Source: Octopus vulgaris (Eukaryota). Taken from it: 64,000 nt of DNA. Shown piece after piece: positions 24,202 to 36,200 of this stretch; positions within the stretch are counted from its first letter, which is position 1, and the number at the start of each line of letters is the position of its first letter. The translations under genes were made by a program, and so were the position numbers. A model generated the notes under the pieces. That model did not search any database. It saw nothing but the letters and a program-made list of their open reading frames with translations, and was not told where the DNA came from. The stretch is taken from assembly GCA_951406725.2 (NCBI GenBank), contig OX597820.1, positions 44,702,001 to 44,766,000 of the forward strand. Direction: 5' to 3'.

Positions 24202-27200
24202 AATTATTGTATACAGTACTCAGGTGCACCACAACTTGTCAGAAAGTGTGTATAAAGTGTATGCAGTAATGTACAAATGTCTGGAAAGCAAACAGTGTAT
24301 GAGTCAGATACATGCTTGCGTGTGTATGGAGGGGAGAAAATCAGGTGTAGTGTTGGCGAATCTAAGGAAGCATGGAAGTTTTGAAGGATGCAGTGCTCCG
24401 ACAACTAACAACTGATGTTGAGGAGAGATGGAAAAAGAACAGAAGGGTGTGTTTGTTCTTATGATTGGATTGTTGCAGTGAATAGAAAGTAGCCTACTTA
24501 AGATTTGAAATTTTCCATGACAACTGAAATGAAGTGGAGTTTAGAGGAGAGGGTACTGAAGGCCTATTTTAATTAAAGGACAATGGAATATTATTTTGTT
24601 ATCCAACCACTTCTTTTTCACTAAGTCTATCAAAGTACAATCTTAAAAAAGAAAAAAATGAAAATAGAAAAACACTCACACCACACTGCCAGCCCTTATT
24701 TCCACCACTTATCACATCAATTCTTCTTGCTTAGTACCGCAGCAGCCACCTGGAAGGTCCGCTTATTCAACTTTTGTCCTGTATTGATATCATTATTTAG
24801 AAAGATTTCATCACGGCTGGACTATTTCAAAAAATCTACACAGGTGCAGGTGTGTGCGACTGTGTGCCATAAGTGCAGGCATAGCTGTGGGGTTAAGTAG
24901 CTTGCTTCCCAATGATGTGGTCTTGGGTTCATTCCCAATGCTTAGCACTTCAGGCAAGTGTCTTCTGCTATAGTTCCAAGCCAATCAAAGTCTTGTGAGT
25001 GGATCTGGTAGACAGAAACCAGAAGAAGTCCATCATGTACATGTGTGTGTGTGTGTGTGTGTGTGTTTATACTCCATCACTGCTTGACAACTAGTGTTGG
25101 TTAGTTTATGTCCCTGTAACTTAGCTGTTTGGCAGAAGATACCAGTAGAATAAGTACTGGACTTATGAAAAAAAACCCCCATTAAACCCTTCAAGGTGGT
25201 GCCCCAGCATAACCACAGTCCAATGACTGAAAAAAGTAAAAAAATAACAGATAAACCACTAATGATTGATAATTCAAGTTTGTGTTTTTAGGAGTGGGGT
25301 AACTACTGCAAATGAATGCTTTATCATTTGTAAAAACATAATTTTCATTCTTTTTTTGATACTTTATTTTATGAATGAATGTTTTATTGCTTTAGAATGT
25401 TAAGTCATCACTTAGTTTAAAGTCAAGTGTTTACTAATAATAACTCTTCAACAATCAAATCAGCCATATCTGGTTAAAATATTCTGCCTCTTCTATGTTC
25501 AAACTGGCCAGATCTCACATTTCATGTCATAGTAAGAATAAACAATCACATCATTCTAATCTCAAAACTATGAGATAATGTATGACTAATTCAAGACAAT
25601 GTAAATAAATAAGCATTTGATTTGACAGAGTAACCTGAATACTAAAGGGTTAATCATAGTTCAAACTATATATCAATAGAAAGATAAATTTTTACTCTTA
25701 TCAGTGATATAAATTTAATCTCGAAAACTTTGAATTAGCTTAAATGGCTGAATAATTATGGCTGAATTAGCTTAAATGGCAATATCAGTAAATGGCAGTA
25801 TCAATAATGTCACAAAAAAGAACATCACTTAATTATGAACATTTTAAAAATGTCTGTTGTATAATGTCTTTATCTTCCCACCTTTATATATATAATTTAA
25901 ATACTTTGATGAACCTTTAATACTTTTCTTTGGTTGGATGATCTTCCAAACATTAACCACTTTATAGGGTGTACTAGGTGCATTTCATTCTGGCATTAAC
26001 ACTAGAGGGAATGCCATGTCCTTAGCCAAACTAGTCTTCTTGATGGTGTGTTATCTCTGCTTGTTTGCTAACTACTTTACAGAGTGTACTGAGTGCATTT
26101 TACATCACCAGCCTGATTGGGATTGCCTTGTACTCTGCAAGACACGAGAGCCTGGCAACCAAGTATGCACAGGATAGTAAAACTGACATGCATTTCTACA
26201 GTGTATGAGCATTGCTGATCTATAGATTTATGTTATTATAGCTGTTAGTGCTATTTATTATTATCTATTTATTAATGTATCTTTCTTGTTATTGTTCATG
26301 TACTGTTTTTTGTGAGGAGTACAAGACAAAATTATATATGTAAATGTGTGAAGATAAATACATTATACAATGGACATTCTAAAAATTTGATAAAGGTTAA
26401 AATATAATAGAACAAATGATCCGAATTGTGGCCGATGCCAGCGCCGCCTCGACTGGCTTCCGTGTCGGTGGCACGTAAAAAGCACCATCCGAATCGTGGC
26501 CGAAGCCAGTGCCGCCTCGACTGGCTTCCGTGCAGGTGGCACGTAAAATGCACCAATCCGACCGTGGCCGATGCCAGCCTTGCCTGGCACCAGTGCAGGT
26601 GGCACGTAAAAAGCACCCACTACACTCACGGAGTGGTTGGCGTTAGGAAGGGCATCCAGCTGTAGAAACATTGCCAGATAAGACCGGAGCCTGGTGCAGC
26701 CTTCTGGCTTCCCAGATCCCCGGTCAAACCGTCCAACCCATGCTAGCATGGAGAACGGACGTTAAACGATGATGAAATAGCAAAATGTATAAAATCACAG
26801 TAATCAAAACAATGTGAAATTTCGTTTCTATATTTAGTTTGTGGGAGTCTTGATGTGAAATCACATATTGGAACAGATTTTGTTGTATCTCAGGAAGGTC
26901 ATTATGCCAATAACAACCACACACACTGGTTCTATTTCACTTCTTTTATTACCATTTGTCAGCTACTTAACCATTTAACTAATTGATTGATTGATTAATC
27001 ATTCAGTCAGTCAATCAGCTAAATTTATCAGAGTCTTTCCATCACCATTTGCAACCACCTCATCAATGATCATTAAAGATTCATCAATCAATAAATTAGT
27101 TAATTGGTTAAATGGCTGACTAAAAATAATAAAAGAAATGAAATAAACCAGTGCATGTGCTTACTATTGGTATAACGACCTTCCCAAGATAACAAAAAAG

Positions 27201-30200
27201 ATAAAATTTAAACAATAAAAAACACAACTAGGTAAACCATGGATGCACTAGTGAATAATCTCCACCTGGAATGTATCAAAGCTTCATGCAACACTAATCT
27301 TCTTCTCTCAAGTCTCTGCTTTTCTCATGAGTCTATGATAAGTTGCTCATACCAAAAATGCCCTAAGCACTTTCAGGGTTAGGAGGTGTCAGGGTGGCTA
27401 AGAAAAGACCCATATCCTAGTTGTATGTATATAAAATTGCTCTATGTATTTTTCATTGATTTTATTTCCTTATATGTTTGTACAAGTCTTTGCAGCTAAT
27501 AAAAACGCTGCTGCTGCTGTTGTTTTTGTTGTTGTTGTTAAGCAACAAGACAGGTAAGGGTGATTAGGTGATGGTCTAGGGCTTAGGGGCGGGAGACCCT
27601 AGACCTTGGAAAAAAAAAAAACTTTGGTCGTCTTGTTGTAGTCGAGGGCTCTTCGTTGATGCCCGACACCACTGGGAGGTGGCCCTCGAAGTCGCTGGAA
27701 ATGGAGATCTCCGGGTCCAAATTCTTGAGAACAGTGGATTAATTAGATCAATAGTGATATTAAAAGTCTTGTAGTATTTAGTTTGATACATGTCTTTATA
27801 TTCATACTTAGAGTTCTGGCAGGTTGTTTTCACTTTGCATCATTCTGGAAGCCAATGGACTTTGTACCTGTGAGGTACTTGGTTGATAATCTAGATTAAC
27901 ATTCTGCTTAATTCACTTGTAACCATACTAGTTCATTATTACAAATTCCTGTTTAAAACAAATTCCATTGATACAATCTGATCTTTTCCCTTTTCAAATT
28001 TTTTTCTTTCTTCTCACTTGTGTATGTATATTATCTTTGTTTTGTAGTAAAAACATTTCGTAAAGATGAGCGCCGTTACTATGAAGAACTTTTATGCTAC
28101 AGTCGTGAACACCTCATGCTTTATCCATACCATCTTTCCGATGTGGTTGTGCGTGGTTTGCGTGTCACACCTTTCTCCTACTATATCGATATCATGTCTT
28201 CTATCATGACACAAGAAAAAAGTTATGATTCATTACCAAATTTCACTGCTGCAGACTGTAAGTTAACATTTCTTTTATATACTTTGGTCTCTCTATGTGC
28301 CAAGTTCATATTCAGATTGGGGATGGAGGTCAACTTTGGGTTTTAACTTTTCCATACCTGTAAAATATTGGGGCTGATTTTAATGAAATATTTCTCTCCC
28401 ACAAAATACACAGCCTTATAATGAAGTTAGAAATCATGTTTTAGTGAGTGTCATAAAGCATCTGATAAACCAAATCCATAACCCAATTTTGATTCCACAT
28501 TGTAGTCATTTCACTTTAGTAATGTTAAAAAGAGCTTGAATGATATCCCACCTTTTGAAAAACACATATCCTTAAAAAATGTTGAGCTTCATGTCCATAG
28601 AAATAAAATATAACATGAACAACTATTATTATGATAAAGGTGGAAAGCTGGCAGAATTATTAGCATATGGGACAAAATGCTTAGTGACATTTCTTCTAGT
28701 TTCACATTCTGAGTTCAAATTCTGCCAAGGTTGACTTAGCTTTTCATCCTTTCATGGATGATTAAAATAAGTACCTGTTTAGAACTGGGGTTGATATAAT
28801 TGACAAGCTCCCTCCCCAACAAATTTCAGGCTTTGTGCCTATAGTAGAAAGAATCTATTATTAAGATAATGAATGATAGAATTGGTAGAACAACAGAGAA
28901 AATGCTTTGTCATGTTTAATTGCATACCTTTACATTCTGAGTTCATATTCTACCTAGATTGATTTTTGTCTGACATGCTTTCATGGTTGATATAATAAAG
29001 TACTCCTCCTCCAAATCTGAGACCTATGTTGGGAATCGTTATTATAAAGAAATCAATATTTCTATAAATCAAGAGTTTTCTGCTTATCTTGCAAAAAGCA
29101 GTAATCTTCATTTATTTCTCATCTACATAATGCTGATAACCTGAATGAATAAATTGGAAGAGAGGACTTTATGCAGTCAGTTTTTGTTCATTTGAATTGT
29201 TGCAGGTCGTGAAGTTAGAGTGAAAAAGGTAGGTGGGAAAGATGTAGGAAAACTTGATTCAGCTCTGGCAAAATGGTTATTTGAAATCAGAGGGACGACA
29301 AGAGTTCAGTGAGGAACTAGGGGCTGGGTGAGTGCATGGGGGAACATTAATGGATTTACGTTTGTCTATCACTCATTTACTTATTGCGTGTTTTAAATTG
29401 TATATTCTATTTCTAGGTCTACGTCTTCTTGGAATTGGTAGGAATCAATATATAGACCTAATGAATCAGAACAGATCTAGTAAAGTAAGTTTTTTTTTTT
29501 ATTATTTGTTATTGCAGTTTTAATGTCATGTTCTACTGCCAATGTGGGTGATGGACTGGCCTCTTAAATTTGAAATTTACATTAACCCTTTTGTTATCAT
29601 ACTTCTGTTGAAATACACTGCCTTTGCTTCAGTAAATTTTGAAAATAGTGACTTATTTTTTTTTTTATCCTCATCATTACTTAGCTGGTGTTTTTAGAGT
29701 ATAGATTCATATAGAATCTAGTGGAAAATATTTAGATCATTTTTAAAATGGAGAATTTATATTATTGAACTAGGAGCAGTATCAAAGGGTTTATATATTA
29801 GGATCAACTTTTTTTTTTGTTTTCTTTAAAGACAGAAATTGCAAGCTTAAAGTTTTCTAAAGATGTTATGTTATGCATTTAAGCAAAATACATTAGATTT
29901 CCAGACAATGTAATAGGAAATATGAGTACCACTTTTACACTTTACCGGCAAGAAGTGGTGGCTTTGAAATTCTCTTACTCCAAGGATTTGTGTTAATATT
30001 ATGTTTGCAGAAACATTATTCCTTGATGTGTTAGCTCCAGGATACTCTAACTAAAGTATAGTGCATGCTAGTTTTAATAGAGACACTTTCCTGCCCAGGC
30101 CCTTTACTGTCATCATATATGGTCTTTGGCATTTTAATAATCCTGTAATGATATAGAATGCAAGATCATAGAGGCAGCAGTTTAAAGTCACAAACTTACA

Positions 30201-33200
30201 CACAGGCAGTTTAGGACTTGGTTCAATTTCTCTCTGAGCTAAGGCAGTAGAAAAATTACACAGTATGCTGTGTGCTCTCTTACAGTGTTCTACTAAGCTG
30301 TCAATTAGCTATCACAACAATTTCTTGCTCATAATAGTATACAAATTAACCATAATAAAATCTTGCTGTCTTTAAACCAGCTAGCAAGAGTGGCTGTGTG
30401 GTAAGAAGCTTGCTTCCCAACCACATGGTTCTGGGTTCAGTCCCACTGCGTGGCACCTTGGGCAAGCATATTCTATTATAGCCTCAGGCTGACCAAAGCC
30501 TTGTGAGTGATTTGGTAGATGGAAACTGAAAGAAGCCTGCCATATATATATATATATATATTATATTAAATTAGAGATAAAACCACTATTAGGCAAATCA
30601 AACAATGAAAAACTTAAGCCAATACATAAAATTAATTAATTTATATTATTTTAAATATATATCAAAATTATTATTAATATATGTATATATATATATGTAT
30701 GTATTTGTGTGTCTGTGTTTGTCCCCCCAGCATTGCTTGACACCGATGTTGGTGTGTTTACGTCCCTGTAATTTAGCAGTTCAGCAAAAGAGACCAATAG
30801 TACTAGGCTTACAAAGAATAAGTCCTCAGGTTGGTTTGTTCGACTAAAGGCGGTGTTTCAGCATGGTCACAGTCAAATGACTGAAACAAGCAAAAGAATA
30901 TGTTTTAAACTTTAACTACTTGGATAGTATATCTATAAAAACCAACAGAATAGGCATAGGTAGAATGATGAAGTCTTCAAATTACTGTATTTGTATTAGC
31001 AGAGGTGGTCAGTACTACTCAACAACAATAGCCACTGTTTTAAAATAACAATCCCATAAAGGAGTATGTATCTAGTTACTTGACTTGTCCAGTCTAGTAA
31101 CTAGATATTGCATAATGTTTTTTAAATGGTGACCTCATGTTTTAAGTCCTACCTCCTTAACCCTTTCGTTACTATATTTCTAACCAAAATACACCCCTTA
31201 TGTGTTTCAATTAATTTCTAACATAATCATAAATTTAGTCTGGTTTCATTAAACAACTATAACTTTTTTATTTATCAATATATTAATGAGATTTTTGGAA
31301 GATAATTTAATGAAATGTTCTCAACCAATTCTATACTATAATTTTTGTCACAAAGTGACTCTAATTGCAGGTAGATTCAGGTAAATTCAACAAAATATAA
31401 AATTATTAAAATTTTGTTCAAACATCGCTATAGAAAATGGGTTATTAGCTAATATTCAATTGGGTATACAACAAAATTTTACGATAGAATTTGTTATTCT
31501 GGGTAACTTTCTGATACCCATAATAATATTTATGGCAAAATAGTCTTAATTTCATTTAAGGTTGTGGGAAACCACTAACTATCCTTTCTTTCGCTTTGTT
31601 TACATTTAGCGTAATGGTTCGTTTCTGCCGTAATGATTTCAAATAGGCTCATTCGAAAAAGTAAAAAGAAATAGTCTAAGGCTTTACTCTCCTGGGAAAG
31701 TCTGTGGCTTGGTCCAGTTTCTTCAGAAAAATCACCGAAAGAAACAGTTTTTAAATTTTCACTTCATTCAGGTGCCAATTCATTTTCTTTATCGCTGTCG
31801 GAGCTCTCGGATTTACTGTTTTCACTTTCAGAAAATGAAACATCAGATTCATTATCAAATACCACGTGCTTTTTTTTTTCAGTCATAGAGTTAGATTTAT
31901 GAAGGTCTTCAGTAGAAAATCCTTCGAATTCTGACTCGCTGCTTGATATAATGAAATTCGTATCAGTTTTTTTGTCAGAATTACAAATTTTAAAAACACA
32001 ATAGGAACAAATTTCGGAAAAAAATCTCCCAAAATTCACGGAATTAAAATTACACTTCGATTTTTGTACAAAACTGTAGTTGAACTGTTTACGAAGTATA
32101 ATACATGTTTTCACGAATGTACTAAAGAGATTTGCTCTGATATTCTCATTTAAATATGAATGGGTAAATACGGGCGGGTTTGGGTGGTTTGGTCACATTA
32201 ACCAAAATTTTTTTCGGGCGGCTTTGGGCGGTTTGGTAACAAAAGGGTTAAACTGTATACCCAGAAAAAGCTTTTGAGATAACCAGAGATTGGACATTAA
32301 CCATACAATGAAACTTAATACTCCCCAGTATACTGTATAGGCACTTATATATTTGGTATTTTGAGCCTATTGATATTGGTCCCGAGATTTCAGTTGACTA
32401 TCTTTAAATCCACGGCCTCTTCAACCAGTATTTAGTATGGCTACTAAACGACTTACAACATCTGGTAAGTTTTTAAACATCAAATGTTTCTATATTAAGG
32501 CTAAGTGCAGTCTGTTGTTGATGTATAGTTTGTTCTTTACATACGATAATGACTCATTACAGCTAACCTCCTGAAGATAGTGGGTAAACTAAAGAAAATA
32601 TAAATATTGATTTCTTTGGACCAGAGACGAAGCCAGTTGTTGTAGTAAGGTGTGGGTGATGATAGTATATTACTGGTAAGGAATATTTATTGTATATTTT
32701 TTTATTTTTCTTAGAAATTCTTCCGCAGAAAACCAGTACGTGAGCTATTACCTATGCAACCTGTAGATTCAGTATCGGCTGACCATTGGTGGATTGTCAA
32801 TATCGGTTACATCACAGAAGATGATATCAAGGTATTGTTACTAAATTTAGCACTTGCTATATATAATTCAGCCCCATAGTTATTCCCCTTCTCTCTCTCT
32901 CTCTCTTTCTGTCTTTCTCAATACGTGTGTGCATGTGTATATGTGTCTCTATATGGTGGGAATTCTTTGTATGCAAGGAATGTAAAATATACCCAGAGTA
33001 TGATTAGTTTTAATGTGGAATAAGCTGTTGTACAGCCCAGCTGTTATAGACAGATCCAAAGGCAAAGGTGACCAAGTCTACTAGTGTTATCGCCTCTATA
33101 TTTATTCTTGATATTTAGGTGAATTGAGGAAATGTGGAATGAAAATCTTTTGGATTGAAACAGTTAAGCACCAATAGATGCTTTAAACATGTATGTAACG

Positions 33201-36200
33201 CTTTAAACAAATGTTATCTTAACTATGGAGCAAAATAAATGGTTTTTTTTTTTCTAAAGTTGAAACTTCACCTGGACAAAATTTGTCTCTCACCCTATTA
33301 AGGATCATTAAAAGAATTAGCACTTTTTTACAAGAGCTGATTTAATGAGGTATAACCACTCCTTTTAAATTAATTCTTTTGTAGGACATTATTATTGTTG
33401 TTTTATTTATTAATATACCATTTCTCTCTTGGGTCTCTTGTAGATGTGCCATGTTGCTGAGAAGGAAGCAATTGACAAAGTCATTGACTACGGGCCACAG
33501 CTAGCAAATGATGTTGATTACAAAGTCTTACATGGTATGTTACTTTCCTTCTGAGTTTTTCTACAATTCTTAATTTACTTTACATTAGTGAGATATAATG
33601 GTTGTAGATTAGTTCTTGAAGAGAAAATAAGAGTCGAAAAGGAGTTAAAAATATGTTAATGCTTTGCCTGTTCAAGGCATTTTCATAAGTTTATCCTAAA
33701 CATCCATGTTTGTTTTCAGACTTTTGAGAGAGCCCTTGTTTCAGAAGTTCTGAGTAATATAAAGCTCTCCTTTTTATAAGTCACAAGTTACTCTAGCTGT
33801 TGGGGGAAAAAAAAACCCCCAAAACAAACTGGAAATGTATATTATATATGATGCTGCTATACCAAGAAAATATGTTCTGTGTATCACATCAGGTACACAG
33901 GACAGCCAACAGGTTAAGAGGAAGAAAGATTCAACTTCTACTAATCTACATCTGCTAATTTTATACTACATCCACCCAATCCTTTAATGTTCATAATGCT
34001 TATGGTGTTAGATTTATTGTTATAGATCTATAAAATTACATGAATAAGAAAAAGGCCATGACCTTTGTGATTTGAAAAGAAGATTTGATATCACCAGAGG
34101 TTGTCAATATGATCACATATATCATTATGCCATTATGCTGGATAATTTTGTGGTTTTACATGTGGAATTACTAAAAACATCTCAGTGTGATTAATATGGG
34201 TTTTAAGAACAAATAGATAAGTTATAAAATTTAATTTATACTAGATACTCATGTAAATGTGAATGGACTTTTTTTTTTTATAAATTTTTTTAATGTTAGT
34301 GGGCTATGAATGACAGATTCATTTTCTGTAGCTGATGAAATATAACAATGCAGGAATATATATGATGGAGTCTGATGATGCCATTCATAACCCTACTTGG
34401 TGTGATTTCACACACATTGTTCATCAGGAGGAGTTCTCTTCTGAGACAGTTACTGCAGTGAAGCTCTTTCTATGTTTGAGTGTACACAAAAACTACATTA
34501 ATTATTAAAATGAATAATAAATTCAGAGTCAATAAATTTGGATGTATCTGAAAATTAAATATTAATGTACACATCTTTATTTTACTTATAATTAACCCTT
34601 TAGCATTTAAATTACTATGTCAAATATAATGCTTATGTATTCACATTGTTTTGAATTAATCATTCATTATCTTGTAGCTTTGAGATTTCGGTGATGTGAT
34701 TGTTTATTTCTAGAATGGCATTGTAGGGTAGGTGTGAGAGGCTGGGTCTTGTAGGTTTGCTTGTAAAACAGATAGAATATTGTGGCCTGGATATGGCCAG
34801 TTTAAATGCTAAAGGGTTAAATAAATACTTTTATTATAATTTCATATGTTATATTCTTTTGTTTTGCTATATTCCAAATACCAGCTCAGTACACAAGTAA
34901 ATAAGTAGTTTATCGTCTCATCAAATTCTTCTAAATTCTTGTCTTTTGGAAAAAAAAGAGAGAAGAAATTAATTGAAATGTGTTGTGTATTTCATTATTA
35001 AATATTGTTACAAAAATTGTTTAAGATCTTATTTTACCTTCATTCTGCAGGTTTGTATCGTAAAGGTTTGGTCTATTTAGATGTGCCCATTGCTGATGAT
35101 GACTGTATTGTTGGTAAGTTATTCTATTGAAGTCTAGTTGGTTATAGATGTACATCTGTTCTTCTTTACATTGATAACCTCTTCTGACCGCTCTAGTCAT
35201 AAACCTTCCACCTTCATTTTCCACTTGTCGACATCTTTTTTAGTCAATGTGGCATACACTTCTTTGTCACTCAAATACTAAAAATAGAAGCCAAATCTCT
35301 CTCACATTATATCTTACTGTTCTTAAAAGCAATACATGGATAAAGGTAATAGTAGGTGTTAGTGTGCCATAAGAAAAGACAGAATTATCATAGTCATAAC
35401 TTGAATGCCTGTGATCATAAATCTGCTCAGTCAGGGCTTTCCTGGGGCTAAACAGCAACAACTTGTAGACATGTCTTTTAGCTAATAGATCTTCCACATG
35501 GTCACTCAACCTGCTAAAAATAGCAGCCAAGTCATCAACAAATGATATGGTATGCTCTAAATAAAAGAGACATACAATGGTGTAGTCTTGGTAACATTCA
35601 GTCCAAAAAAAAAAAAATTAAGAGATGGTCATAACTGGAATGACTATGATCATAGGTCTGCTTGATGAATGCTTATCTGGTGCTAAACAACAATATGTAG
35701 ACATCTTTTGTATATTGTCATACCTACATATTCTACATTGATAGTTACCTAAAGACTTTATAAACATCTAGTTCCAAACCACATACAGTGCCAAATCACA
35801 CACACCCAAGAAAGTCCTCTTTTCTAAACCTCAGGAAACTCCTATTTTTATGAGCCATGACTCTTAATGGCATCTCTCATTCTCTTGATATTTATGTTAA
35901 AATTACTCAGTTATAGTCTTAATCATTGTTTAATGTCCACTTTTCCATGCTTGCATGGGTCAGACAGAATTCATTGAGACAGATTTTCTATGGCCGGGTG
36001 CCTTACCGGTTTCCCAGCAAAGTAATATTTCCTCGTGCTCAAACATGTTTTTCATGGGAGATTAGAAATGAAACACACTGCTTGACTGACAGTAATGTTT
36101 GTTTACAATCATCACATGATGTCAAGACAAGGGTACACACAAATACACCCACACATATATATCCATATATACATACATGCATATATGCATGCTGGCTTCC

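Noticed and set aside
26427-26620. Regularly spaced repeats resembling a CRISPR array
   Set aside because: The sequence between repeats is itself repeated, the block recurs at 36380-36540, and the context is eukaryotic with no cas genes
26332-26749. Overlapping ORFs starting MLAWVG (also 36240-36665, 20722, 59704)
   Set aside because: Translations of one dispersed retro-repeat, not a protein family
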